NCBI RefSeq assembly: GCF_044704955.1
Contig: NC_091999.1
Coordinates: forward strand, 48,050,001 to 48,114,000
Reading direction: 5' to 3'
Source: Pristiophorus japonicus
Lineage: Eukaryota
Length of the DNA: 64,000 nucleotides
The position numbers were made by a program, and so were the translations under genes. The notes under the pieces were generated by a model. That model saw only the letters and a program-made list of their open reading frames with translations. It was not told where the DNA came from and made no database searches. Below, in pieces: positions 35,434-48,886 of the stretch; the first letter of the stretch is position 1, and each line of letters opens with the position of its first letter.

Positions 35434-38400
35434 ATTCCCCCCTAATGGCCCAGGCTATTTGCCCCAGATAGGCTATTTCGCAATTAATTCCACATGGGTG
35501 AGCTTCCAGGGGTGTCCTTTCACTTGGGTAGTGCTACTTCCCGAGATCCTGGATCTACCTGTTGGCTTTCCCATCAAGGTTATACTATGTAAGTCCTTTT
35601 TGCAGGACTGTCTGTTTTCCCTTTCTTCAATGTTTTAACTATAGTACGGGCTAGGGCCTACCTCTTACGTCGGTTACAGCTTTTTAAAGGATAGCAAGGT
35701 CAGCCCCCTTGCACGACAACCAATACATTGAGTCCAGCTTAATTCGTGTATAAGTCCTTTGTAGCCAAAATTTTTTCGGTGTTCGAATTATGCCACGCCT
35801 GGGTTTTCTGCTGTTTCATCTATCTTCCCTCCACTTGGGGTCTTCACTGTTCTGCCGACATTCTGCCCCGCCTGGAGTATCCTCTATGTTGTCGAATGGT
35901 GTTTGTTTCTCTTTCAATTCGAGTATCGGTTTTCCTTGTGGCCCGATGGTCTTCGCATAACCTCCTCAGGCAATGTCCATCATTGTCCCATCGATCATTC
36001 CTCCTTTAGCTCAGGGGTTATAATAAACCCATTTATATCTGTCTCATCAAGTGGAGTAAAGCAGAAGTCAATATCCATAATGGTGCATGAGGTTTTCCTT
36101 CATTCATTTCAGTTGCCGTGGTGCTCACACATCAATCTCCATATCCTCGTACTACAGCGATAATTTAGTAATCCTGTGTTAGTTGGGGTGATACTCAAGG
36201 TGCACCCGTCCACTTGGTTATATCCACAGTCATCTTTGATCATTCGTAGTGGATCTCGACATAAAGCAACTTGGTTATTTTTATAACAATCTACATATGC
36301 TGAGTCTCTTAGTACTGTTGTTCTCTTCAATTAAATTTCTGGTTTTTCATCGTACCGCACGCGAGTTTGATTCCTTATTTCTCCTACATTGTTTGGTATA
36401 GAGGATCTCCTGTTGTCACATCATACTGTCGTATAGATAATACAAAATCTATTTAAATGTCCGGTAACACAGCTGGCCTTTGAAACCCAAGCATGACTGT
36501 TTCTCTGCACCTCGCAGGCATGAGTCATGTTTTTGTCCAAGGTCCAGTTGGTAAATATATCGAATGTTATCCAATCCGGCACCTTTCTATTCTGAAGCTA
36601 CTCTATGTTATGTTGTATTCCATTGAGCAACCATGCTCCATATCCTGCACGTACTAGTTCTGTCTGTATGGTTTTACTTAAGTTGCGTTCTGCTCTATTC
36701 ATTTATAGTTCTGGTGTGGTCTCGCAATGTGTGGGCCACTGTAATAATTCGCTTTATGCGCCATTACCCAGCTGTACCTGTATCTTTTCATTATCCTTAT
36801 CCCTTTCCAGCAATCCCTGTCAGGTTAATGTTAAGGCGTTAACTCAATCATCTATCGTGTGTCGGTCAATAGTGTCGCAGCTCCCGCCACATACACGTAT
36901 CCCGCCGTGTATTCTGCAGTGTATCCTGCCACGTATCCTGCCGTGTATCCTGCCTCGTACCATTTCTAGTATCCCTCTTTTTCCCCTGTCCCGTTTTTTT
37001 TTACCTGACCCTCTTTCCACATTAAACTTCATGGTTTTGGATTCAGCGCCTTTAAGTGCTCGAAGGATCAGGTTTCTATACAGGCTTATACTGTTTAACC
37101 CGCAGATGTTGGGGTAGCTTTATTGTTTAATTTTAGGATTACAGTAATTATTCGCTGACGTACCCTGAAGTGTATCTTATCCTTGGTCTGCCTTATCAAT
37201 TTCTCTTTTGCCCCAGTGTTCACAGTTGGACACGTTTGTGGCGCTGAGGGTGTGATGGTCGAGGCCCTGGTAGCGCTCATTAATGCTAAAGCAGTGGATG
37301 GGGCCGTGTTGGTGGGTCTATCTCTGGAGATATCCCTCCACCACCATTCATAGATGTTCATGAAATCTGCACCCCCTTCCCCTGTTGCAGTATGTTTGTC
37401 CCTCCTGATTAAAAACACACCGCGGTCTTATTCCCACTAATTATGGTTCTATATTATTGGCTCATCCCCAATGTTGTTTCGTTTCCTTGTAACGTTGTTT
37501 TATGCCCGTTATTTAACTCTACTGTTGCTCCGTCCGACACATCAGTGTTTTTGATGTTTTATTAAACTAATGTCGTCCGAGTCCCTGTAATACAGGCCTT
37601 GCCATCCCTCAGTCTGTTGTCTCTGATATGAGGCTGCGTTACTCCACGTTATTTCCATGAGCTCTCGAGTCCTGCAAAAAGCAATATTTTCCGGTCGTCA
37701 CTGGTTAGTTAGTGACCATGCTTTTTGAACTTGGTCCAGTGTTTCCACTTGCCAATACTCCTTATAAGTACCATAACGTACTATGATTACCTGATAGAGA
37801 CCGATCCATTTGGATGCGATCTCGAACCTCTCTGGGGTAATCTCTTGACTGCCTATTTGGGGTGTTTGGAACTTCTGTTTCTTAGTTTCGTTCTCGAAAT
37901 TCTTGATTTGCTGATCTGTAACCTTTTACTCTATATCAATTCTATTATAACTAAGCAGTATGTTTTCCCCCTGTTGCTGGATAATGGTCCAATAAAATCT
38001 ACCAGCAAATTTTCCCAGAGTCCCTTCGGTCGGGGCTAATGTCCCATTCTGACCTTTACTTTCCCCACTGGGTTTTATTTTGTGCATATCACGCACCTTC
38101 TGCAGAGGTCCTCTATATCTCTAAATATTCCCTTCCACCAACAGCATCTGGACATCGAGCTTATCATGCTGGTTCTACCTGTATGGACATACCCGTGGTA
38201 TAAATTTAATCGGCTTCCCTGGATGCATTCCGGGGCCACCACATTCCCATCTTTTCTCCATATCCCGTCGGTCCCTTCTTTGGCCCATCTCTGCTTCCAT
38301 CCCTCCTGTTCCTGCGGATTGTCCTCTCCCTGTACCTCAAGCATATTTACTTCCTCAGGCCTGATTTTACATGCCCTGCCTTGGGCTTCCCCGGCCAGTG

Positions 38401-41400
38401 TACCTGCCACTCGCTTGGTTGCTTCATCTGACCATGCATTCCCCTGTTCATACTGATCATTCTTTTTTACATGTGCTTTAATCTTTATTATCGCAAACTC
38501 CTGGGGTAGGTGGGAGGCTTCCACTAGATGTTTATCAATCTCCTCATGTTTAATCGGTCCTCCTCCTGAGGGCGTGTATCCCCGTCTGCTCCAGGCTATC
38601 ATATAAACATGCACTAATCCGAAAGCGTTTCGACTGTCTGTATAGACGTTTACTCATTTTCCCCTAGCCAGCCTCAGAGCCTCATGTGAGAACCACTAAT
38701 TCAACCACTTGAGCTGATAGATTCTCTTCTAACCGTCCTTCCCCTTTGGCCTGACCGCTGCGATCTACCACGGCCCATCCTGTCTGTGGTGTCCCATTGA
38801 TATAGCGCCAAAACCCATCTACATATAGATCCATGTCTGCCTCCTCAAGCGGGATTTCACTTGCCTGACTACTTCTCGCATCTTCTTCTGTTGTGCTACA
38901 CTGATGCTCCTCTCCCTCTGTATTTTATTATTGTTACCGTCCCGTTGGGTGGGTGGGTGGGGGGGGTGACAGGAGAGGAGGGGGGAGAGCATTATTTACC
39001 ACCTCGCCATTTGTGCATCGAATACCTTTTTAGCCTTCCAGTGTTAAGTAATTCTACTAAGGTACGCTGGGTTTGTAGAATAATGCATCCTGGCATTATT
39101 ATTGGTTCGTTAACTCTGATGGCCCAAGCAGCAGTCGAGGGCAGCAACGCACCTGGACAGTCCTGCAGCTACAGGTTGCGGTTTATCTGAGTAATATGCC
39201 ACGGTCTATGCCTTTCGCCATGTAATTGAATCACTACCGCGTTATAATGATGGTTAATATGGTAGGAAGAGACGTAAAAGGGCCTATTCTGGTCTGGTAG
39301 TCCCAGGGCTGGAGCACTTGTGAGAGTTTGTTTTAACCGCACACATGCAGTTTCTTGATCTAGACCCCAGTTTACTGGCTCTTAGGAGGGTTCCCATCCT
39401 TTGACCTGTTTCTGTATAGGTTCGGCCACCTTGGCATATTCGGGAATAACATTTCTGCAGTAGTTTAATAGCCCTAGTATCTGCCTGACCCCTTTCACGG
39501 TTCCTGGTCTGGGGATTGATTGAATTGCTTCCTTACTGTCCTCGGGCATCTGTCTCTTCCCTTACGATATTATGTATCCCAGATATGTTACTTCGCTCCT
39601 TCTTTCTCCTAAGACTACTGGTTCCAAAATCCATGACAATATTCGATGAAATATGCTCCAGCTGTTATTGAATCCCAGTGGTACCTTGGGCCATGTGTAT
39701 TGTTATTCATTTACCATGAAGAGAAATTTTCCTTGAGACTCTTTGGCTAAGGGAATCGTCCAAGTTCCATTCACTATATCCAGCATGGTGAATATCTTAT
39801 GATTTCGATCCAGGCCATTAAAAATTGTGGCCGGACTTGCCACTATTGGGTGTTGTCCGGAAGTCACCTTATTCACCGATAGTCAGTCGGTAACACCTGT
39901 CGGGTTTCTTCATCAGCCACAAAGGTGAATTAATGGAAGCTATTACATATTTCAATATACTTTGCTCCTCTAATTCATGCACTATCTGACAGACCGCTAC
40001 CTCAGCTTCGGGTGTTAATTGGTACGGTCGGTGAGCTTTGTGTTCGGGTCCAGGAAATTTGATGGGTGATATCTCTGCTAATCCACAATCTTGTTTGCAT
40101 TGTGCCCACAGAGTCGGGTATAATTGGCACACGCTACCCAATACAGCCTTTGAATCCCACTCGGGTTGGATTATGGTTGTTCCTGCCATTCGTTGCTGCT
40201 GGTGTCCCGAGTTTTCGAACTGAGTTCGGTTTTCGTGCTGATCCCCCAAAATTATCCGATTACGCTGAAGAGCTATTCGTACCCCTATCTCCCTTAATGT
40301 ATCGCTGCCTTCTGTATACCTTCTTTATGTTGCCTTCTGTATTCTGACAGCACCAAAACTGAGCAGGTAGCATTACCCCTGTACTTCGACAACACCATCT
40401 CACTTAGGGTTGCTTTCTGATATGCCCCACTCTCTCCTTGTATGTTGATGGTCCTATGGGTCAGGTGCAAATCTAAGTTGGTTATTGGGTGTTCTCTGAT
40501 TGGGGCGGTGGTGGTGGCAGTGATACCAGTGGTGCTGGTACTTGTCTGAGCATGTCCATCAGATCTTCCCTGATTAATGGTATTCCCTTCTGTGCCTGTT
40601 TGTGGTCTCGCCATCCAGCGCCTTCCTCATAACTCCAGCTATCTTTGGCCAGATGTCCACGTTTACCACAATTTTGACATCTCCCTTTAGAATTGCCGAA
40701 ACCTCTGCTTTTCTGCAGGCAATCCCTATTGAACTTGCCTTCCTGATTGCAGTTTAAACATATCAGTGGAGCTGCGCAGGAGTGTGTCTCTTCCTCCTTC
40801 GTCTCTATTGCTAAAGCTGTTGTTGCTATTTTTGCTCTTTTATCCCTTGTTCTATCTTTAACCCCTCTACATGTTCTGCCCATTCCAAAGTTTCATCATA
40901 ATCATCTCCAATCTTAAATAATCACTTAATTATCTTTTGATGTGCCTTTCCTCGTCCATCCTTAAACATTTTCAAGAATGCTGCATCATTTATGTTGCGG
41001 TCATCAGCCCCAGAGTGGTTTTTGTATTCAATCCACTTTCGTTCCCCGTACTCCCCAACACTTTTACCTGCCTTTTGAGTCACAGTATTCTACTCCAATC
41101 TTTTGTCAGAGTTCTGTATCTCTACTATTTTGCTTTAGCGGGTGGTAACTTATTCAATAGAATTTGTCTCCTGTGGGCTGAGGGGCACCTCCTTTATGGT
41201 AATTTGGGCTGCTCTACTCCCACTGGAGCGAATGGTGGTCGTACGTATCAGTGCCACTGATAAATAGCCATTATCATGTGCCGGGGCCACCTCTACTCCA
41301 AACTCATTATCCCTGTCTGATTGACTGTTAGGTTGGGTTTGTGGACTGCACTTACCCACCTTGGGGTACATTATCTCTATTACCGTAGGTGATGGTGCTA

Positions 41401-42894
41401 TGGCTGTGCTCTGCACTATCAATCTGGTCCTGTCTTTTTCTCTGCGAGCTTATTTATCTGAGCTTCTAACTCTTGAATTTGATGTGTTTAAGTATCTATC
41501 TGTCCTCTGCAGCAGGTGAATATTGTTACATAGGCTTTCTTCGTTTTGTTTTCATTCTGTATATCCCCACATTTCTTCTGTCTGTCAGGTGAGTCTTTTT
41601 TCTTTTATTAAGAAATCCAAATTAATAATGTCCAGTATAAAACAGCTTTCAATGGAAAGGGTTAACTCTTTTACAGGTTTGTAAGAAGGCCTGGCGTCAT
41701 TACGTGACTTCGGGTATTGATCTGCAAATTTTTCACAAGTCTTTGTGCTTTCAAAACTTGCTATGAAATTAGGAATCCGTTAAAATAGTAGAAATTACTA
41801 GTTAAGTTGTCAAAATAAAACCTTCTCAGAGGGAAAGGCAGCATTTTAGATTAAACTCCAATTTCTCTACACATCCAATTCAAATACTTGCCAACGAGTT
41901 TTTTATTGATTTAAAGCGAGACCACACATTTTAATAGCTATTTTGTTTCCAGAAATCCAATTTTCACGCAAGCTATATACATTCCAGCATTTTGTTTTTT
42001 TATGGTCCCGTTCACTGAGCAAATCTTGTGTTTTATTTCTCTCAGCACAAAATCTAAACTTCAGTGCCGGTCCATCTTTTTAAGAATCCTGTAATTCCTA
42101 GTTTTTTCTTTCTGTGCTGAGTTCACATAGCTTAGACCTTTTCCCCCTTTTGAATCTGAACTTAATCATTTTTTGATGACCTTACTCCAGTCCATAGTTA
42201 AACATCTTGGTTTCTCTTTCTCGGCACAAAGCGTTGTCGGGTTTAACTCATAAGTTTTTATATTTCAACCAATATCCTTTTCACAGCCAATTTAAATCTC
42301 GTTTCTTCAAATTAGGTTTTGTATTTTGATGATCTTCCTCCAGTCCATTTTCCTCATCATCTTTGTATCTCTGCAGCTTTCAAGGTCATATTTCTATCTT
42401 TTGATAAAAACAAACTGTCCTTTGTAAATTCAATTTGATTTCCAACATTTTTCTTTTCTTTTATTAATTTTCCATTTATCTCAGCGAGCATTTTATCCCA
42501 CTGACCTGTTTTCTTTGGATCCTGGGGTCCCAACCCACGGTTTAGGTTGTATTTCTTCTTGTTTGCACCTCACACGATCAATACCAGCTTCACAGTGTTA
42601 TTACCACGTCACGCTTCAGGACATACGCCTTATATTTCACATAACGATCGCTGGGGTCCACTCCCCCTGCGGTTGCATTCCTTCTTTTTCAGGCATACAC
42701 CGATCCCACCCTTGGTTTTCAGCCATCTGAGGTTCGTTATAAGTTGTCCTACAGCTGACCCCTTCTAATTATTTATACAAATTAACTCCTTCCCCGTCAA
42801 TGCTACAGCTGCATGTGGTAAAAAACATGCTCACTACCATTTAGCTGTCACGTGATCCAGGTCGGAAGGTCTGCATTCGGTTGATGACGCCAAA

Positions 42895-43492
42895 TGTTGG
42901 GGTTAAAAAGGAGGCTTCTCTTCTTTGACGTGGACTAACTGATAAAGTTCATCGACACCTCACCTTTCTCCCACTGTATAACGACCACGGAAGTTAACAC
43001 ACGAAATCCCAGGATCAACTGGCTTTTATTACGAGCAATTGCAAGGGAAGGTTCAGTCGTGGAACCTCCGAAAAAAAAAGTTTTCAAGCATAACTTATAC
43101 AGGTTTTGGAGAGGAGCTATCCTCCTGCAAAATCATCGATAGGTCTATTGATATCAGCGAAGTTACATTGATTTGTCGACTCTTATCCGACGGGCTCTGA
43201 GTGGTAAATGCAACAGACCATCTCTCATCATTGTTTTGTTCCATTTTTCCCTCTGCCCCAGTCTATCCGACGGTTAGAGTGGCTGTACTTGCTTATTTAT
43301 CTCTTCCTCAGGGACTTAAAAAAACTGCTGACCGGCTGTTTAAGTATTACAGAGGTTACGGATTCAGTTCAATGCGTTATACATTTGCGCTGTACCTACA
43401 TAAGCAAGTGTTACCTACGTAGCAATTATAAGTTCAAGACCTTCATCATAATTCTGAGCTCCTATTTGCAACCTTACAATTTATCCATTGAA
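42895..43492 (-). repeat. 5' LTR of the ERV
   Basis: Diverged direct repeat of 34835-35433, followed by the PBS. Confidence 0.9.
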
Positions 43493-44863
43493 GGGGTCGA
43501 TGCAAAGCCTCCATCATTGCTCCCCATGAGTCCTCTCATTGTTTGGTAAGACGTTTATTCTCTCTGCTTAGATCTTCTTTTTACACCTCAAGATTTCCGA
43601 ATTGTTTGCACTGCAGCCCCGACGTGAATTGCATTGATACTCTGCTGTTGGATTACTGCAGTAGCTGAGGCAAATTGACTCTGCAAATTCACAATTTTCT
43701 GTTTAATGTCTGAATCTATTTTCTGCAATTCTTCATTCTTAGCCGATTTTTTTTTTCCAGTTCTGATATTTTATCCTCTAATTCTTTCTTGACCTTTGAT
43801 TGACGTCCTGGGAAGTACGAAGCTGCACAGGTGACTAGACGCATCGCCTTACCCAGCTTCCATTTCTTAGCTTTAATCTGTTCATAAATAAAAGTGACCA
43901 CATCCTTAAGGGATGCATTCGGATTCTTCCCGAGGCAATCTAGCAACAGTGTCTGCACTTGCGTTTCGTCCCATCTTTTTTCTATCTTTTTCTGATACTC
44001 TTCCAAGAGACACTCCTCCGGCATCTGAAAATTTATTATTTTTAAGCAAGCTTCCTTAATGAAGATAACAGTCACTAGCAGTTGACGTAAATCAAGATTT
44101 GATCGGTGATCAAACGATCTGCCTTACATCTGCTGGTGATACACAACAACTTGTTTTCAAATAGACAGAAAAAATTACAAGAGTTCCCAATTAACTTGAT
44201 TAACTTGCATTTTGTTCAATATCTCTTTGTTTTGTTCCTTCGTGGTCGCCAGATGTAGTTTTTATCCAATGAGCAGCTTTTTGCCGCTTTGCTAACTATA
44301 GCAATTCAACTATATTCAGGGTATATATTTAATTCAAACTGGGAGACTCTTGTTCAGATCATACCAAATGCTTTTAATAGAGGTATAGTGAGTAAAAACA
44401 GTGTTTTATCAAGTAAATTACATTCTGTTACAAAAAGTAACACTAAACAAATTATAGTCGCAGCCTAATTCTCGATAACGTCCTCTCGAGCTGACCGTGG
44501 TGCCGACTCCTTATCTCCTGTTCGCTTGATTTGCACTGCCTTCTGAGTAGAAGTGCTGTTACTTTATACCATTTTTCTCCCATTCAAAAGCTGTGAAAAT
44601 TTACAGCTGGTTTAGCCTTACAATAGATCATATTATCTATTGCCTTTGACTTTCTATGTTATCTCTATCTCCCTCCCTCTCTGTGGCACGAATCACTTCT
44701 CTGAGAACAATTATACAGACCATGCTCACACAGAATTCATTACTGAGCTTGGCTTTACAAAGATATTACAAGAACTGGTATGCAATGTGTACCTTTATGT
44801 TATTGATTAATAATTTTGGTCTTGATCTTTCTATTTCTAAATGAAGATTTATCAGCAGTTACA
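43493..44863 (-). mobile_element. 5' fragment of a third LTR element: LTR (44254-44863), tRNA-Arg(TCG) PBS, gag-like coiled-coil ORF
   Basis: TGTA...TACA termini; PBS TGGCGACCACGAAGGAAC (44234-44251) complementary to the tRNA-Arg(TCG) 3' end; ORF 43716-44075. Confidence 0.8.
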
Positions 44864-44899
44864 AAAATGGATAAAATAATAATGACTCAATTTAACGTG

Positions 44900-45870
44900 A
44901 TGCTTTGTTCATGTGTGGACATGTATAAGTATGGTTATGTCGAAATGTTTGGTTATGTTGAGGTGTAAGTATGTTTGAGTTTTCGTGTAACATTGTGTTT
45001 ACATGTAAGTGTGTGTGTGTGTTTTGTGTTAGTTTGTGTTTGGATTTATATGCATGTTCATGCTTGTGTAAGTGTGTTGAGGTGTGTGCTTTCCTGTAAG
45101 TGTATGGTTATGTCTCAATGTTGTTCATGTTTAGATGTAAGTCTGTGTGTGTTTGTGTGTGTATGTTTCGTGTAAGTGTGTGTTTTGATTGATGCGTGTG
45201 TATAAGTGCAATAGTGTGTTTGCATGTAAGCGTGTGTGTGTTTTGTGTATATCTGTATTTGGATTGATGCGTTGGTTTACGAGTGTGTATGTGTTTTGTG
45301 CAAGTCTGTGTGTGGATTGACGTGTATATTTATCTGTGTGTAAGTCTGTTTGTGTGTTTTGTGTAAGTGTGTGTGTGGATTGATGTGTGTGTTTATGTGT
45401 GTGTAAGTTTGCTTTGTGCAAGTGTGTGTGTGGATAGATGTGTGTGTTTATATGTGTGTAAGTATGTATAAGTGTGTTTTGTGTAAATGTGTGTGTGGAT
45501 TGATGTATGTGTTGATATGTGTGTAAATGTGTGTAAGTGTGTTTTGTGTTAGTGTGTGTCTGGATTGATATGTGTGTCTATGTTTTTGTAAGTGTGTATA
45601 AGTTTCAGTTGTGCAAGTGTACGTTTCGATTGACGTGTATTATTGCTATTGTTCAAAGTTTCAGTGAGTACCAATAACTGGATTTGACAATGATAGTTTT
45701 CATTATATTCTAGTTATGTATAATATTATGTGTCAGGTTGTTAGTATATCTTTATATGTAAGTCTATGTGTGTTTATGTGTAATTGTGCACTTACACAAA
45801 AACACAAACTTATACAAAATCATCAAAACACTCACATGTGAACACACACAAACTCACTTTCACATGTATT
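44900..45870. repeat. Degenerate (TG)n-rich satellite
   Basis: Recurring gtgtgtgtggattgatgtgtgt / gtgtaagt. Confidence 0.9.
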
Positions 45871-46536
45871 CTCCTCCGCTCAGTGTAAATGTGTTCTGTG
45901 TGAGGCGCAATGTGACATCAGCCGAACGAATGCAACAATTCAACCGATGGGCTTCAGCAACATCAGGGACACAACTGTGAGAAACCCGCAGAGGATTCAG
46001 TCACCAGTTTAGACATGGCCCATTAGAATTCAACATGTTAGTTTACAATTAACAGGGACTGTTGCATCCCCAACCCTATTTAAAAATATTACGTGGAATA
46101 AATAGTTATTTCAGAATATAATACTCATATGGCAAGTTTAAAATCTTTAGATCATGGGTTAGAACGTACGATGGCAACTTACTGCATTTCAAAGAGAGTG
46201 GTTCACTTCCCATCTCCCTGCGGGAGGGGCAGTGGAGGTTACATGAATTACACCTTTCCCTTTCTCCTCTCGCTGGTGCGTGTGAGAGGTACAGTGAGTT
46301 AAAATTACCCTTTACTCCCTCTCAGCTGAAGTTACCTTCAGGAATCCTGTAATGAGAGAACTCCACCCAATTTCTAACTCATGCTGTATCTGAGCTGGGA
46401 GCGCTGGCTGTACAAGCCTTGGGAACGATATCCGCAAACACGCTACTTCAGATAAACAGCCCTCACATTGGCCAAAATAGGAAACATAATTAATTGTAAA
46501 GGCTGTGTGTTTAACTCACGATTGGAAGAAAAGCCC

Positions 46537-46552
46537 TTTATTGTTTTTTATT
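46537..46552 (-). terminator. Tandem AATAAA poly(A) signals of secretory IgM mRNA
   Basis: tttatt at 46537-46542 and 46547-46552, about 30-40 bp after the tail stop codon. Confidence 0.75.
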
Positions 46553-46580
46553 CAAGAACTGAAATGCAATCGAGACATTC

Positions 46581-46598
46581 TCATTGACAAGAATGACG
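46581..46598 (-). pseudogene. IGHM: Distal end of the IgM secretory tailpiece (SCQ*), separated from Cmu4 by a LINE
   Basis: Minus strand reads ...TCT TGT CAA TGA, the conserved shark mu tail end with penultimate Cys. Confidence 0.8.
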
Positions 46599-48520
46599 AA
46601 GAAAGCAATAAAGAAAGGAAAGATCGATTACAAAGGTAAACTTGCGCAAAACATGAAAACGGATAGTAAAAGCTTTTACAGATATGTAAAACGGAAAAGA
46701 GTGACTAAAGTAAATGTTGGTCCCTTAGAAGATGAGAAGACAGTTTTAATAATGGGAAATGTGGAAATGGCTGAGAGCTAAAACAATTATTTTGCTTCGG
46801 TCTCCACAGTGGAAGACACAAAAACCATGCCAGAAATTGCTGGTCAAAGGAATGAGGGAAGGGAGGACCTTGAGACAATCACTATCACTAGGGGGGTAGT
46901 GCTGGACAGGCTAATGGGACTCAAGGTAGACAAGTCCCCTGGTCCTGATGAAATGCATCCCAGGGTATTAAAATCGATGGCGGAAGTTATAGCAGATGCA
47001 TTCGTTATAATCCACCAAAACTCTCTGGACTCTGGGGTGGTACCAGCGGATTGGAAAGAAGCTAATGTAACACTTCTGTGTAAAAAAGAGGGCAGACAAA
47101 AGGCAGGTAACTATAGGCCGGTTAGTTTAACATCTGTAGTGGGGAAAATGCTTGAAAAATCATTAAGGAAGAAATAGCGGGACATCTAGATTGGAATAGT
47201 GCAATCAAGCAGACGCAGCATGGATTCATGAAGGGGAAATCATGTTTAACTAATTTACTGGAATTCTTTGAGGAGTTAACGAGCATGGTGGATAGAGGTG
47301 AACCGATGGATGTGGTGTATTTAGATTTTCAAAAGGCATTCGATAAGGTCCCACACAAAAACTTACTGCAGAAGATAAAGGTACGCGGAGTCAGAGGAAA
47401 TGTATTAGCATTGATAGAGAATTGGCTGGCTAACAGAAAACAGAAAGTCGCGATGAATGGGTCCTTTTCGGGTTGGAAATCGGTGGTTAGTGGTGTGCCA
47501 CAGGGATCGATGCTGGGACTACCACTGTTTACAATATACATAGATGACCTGGAAGAGGGGACAGAGTGTAGTGTAACAAAATTTGCAGATGACACAAAGA
47601 TTAGTGGGAAAGCGGGTTGTACAGAGGACACAGAAAGGCTGCAAAGAGATTTAGATAGGTTAAGCGAATGGGCTAAGGCTTGCCAGATGGAATACAATGT
47701 CGGAAAGTGTGAGGTCATCCACCTTGAGGAAAAAAAACACGAAAAGGGAATATTATTTGAATGGGGAGAAATTATAACATGCTGCGATGCAGAGGGATCT
47801 GGGGGTCCTTGTCCATGAATCCCAAGATGTTAGTTTGCAGGTGCAGCAGGTAATCAGGAAGGCGAATGTAATGTTGGCCTTCATTGCCAGAGGGATGGAG
47901 TACAAAAGCAGGGAGGTCCTTCTGCAACTGTATAGGGTGTTGGTGAGGCCGCACCTGGAGTACTGCGTGCAGTTTTGGCCACCTTACTTAAGGAAGGATA
48001 TACTAGCTTTGGAGGGGGTACAGAGATGATTCACGAGGCTGATTCAGGAGATGAGGGGGTTACCTTATGATGATAGATTGAGTAGACTGGGACTTTACTC
48101 GTTGGAGTTCAGAAGGATGAGGGGTGATCGATAGAAACATTTCAAACAATGAAAGGCATAAACAAGATCGAGGCAGTGGGGTTGTTTCCACTGGTCGGGG
48201 AGACTAGAACTCGGGGGCAGAGACTCAAAATACGAGTGAGCCAATTTAAAACTGAGTTGAGAAGGAATTTCTTCTTCAACAAAGTTGTGAATCTGTGGAA
48301 TTCTCTGCAAAGGGGAGGAATTGAGGATAGCTCATTGAATGTATTCAATTCACAGATAGATAGATTTTTAACCAATAAGGGAATTAAGGGTTATGGGGAG
48401 CGGGCGGGTAAGTGGAGCTGAGTCCACTACCAGATCAGCCATGATCTTGTTGAATGGCGGAGCAGGCTCGAGAGGCTAGATGGCCTACTTCTGTTACTAA
48501 TTCTTATGTTCTTATGTTCT
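46599..48520 (+). mobile_element. 5'-truncated CR1 LINE inserted in the IgM secretory tail
   Basis: RT motifs; (ttcttatg)n tail; flanked by AATGACG at 46592-46598 and 48521-48527; same subfamily as 15510-17946. Confidence 0.95.
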
Positions 48521-48886
48521 AATGACGTTGTCCATCAGAACAAGGGAAATGCTTTACCACTGGATTTATTGACGGATCTGTTGGTGATTATCAATGGGAT
48601 CGCTTCATATCCCACCACACAGGAGTGAGAGGCGCCGCTGGCCCATTCCTTGGCTGCAATGGATAGCAGGCTGTAGATGAAGAAGGAGCTGCTGCCGTTC
48701 TCCGCCATCACCTCGGTGTTCTTGTAGTTGCCGGAATCCACCAGTTTATCATTGACGGTCCTTTTGACGAAGATCTCTCGGGGGGAGAACCTCTCACTAA
48801 GCAGGTGAGGCTGACCAACCTCTGGGCGGAGACTTCTTCTGCCGAGGGCAGGAGGACAGACATGGCCGGTTCCCGCGGATCTTTCG
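48521..48886 (-). pseudogene. IGHM: IgM Cmu4 exon with proximal secretory tail
   Basis: [33 protein letters not shown]...[11 protein letters not shown]...[17 protein letters not shown]...NKSSGK; frameshift after LVRG and a deletion in the tail. Confidence 0.95.

Larger units (their letters stand above)
34835..43492 (-). mobile_element. Full-length decayed endogenous retrovirus (LTR-gag-pol-env-LTR)
   Basis: LTRs 42895-43492 and 34835-35433; PBS-like TGGCGTC at 42875-42892; PPT at 35434-35444; two CCHC-like knuckles (CLNCNQEG, CQNCGKRGH); RT (MLDIVNGTWTIPL, ILGLLNYCRN); tether plus RNase H (YVDG...GWAVV); integrase zinc finger; env with RGKR|GIL. Confidence 0.92.
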
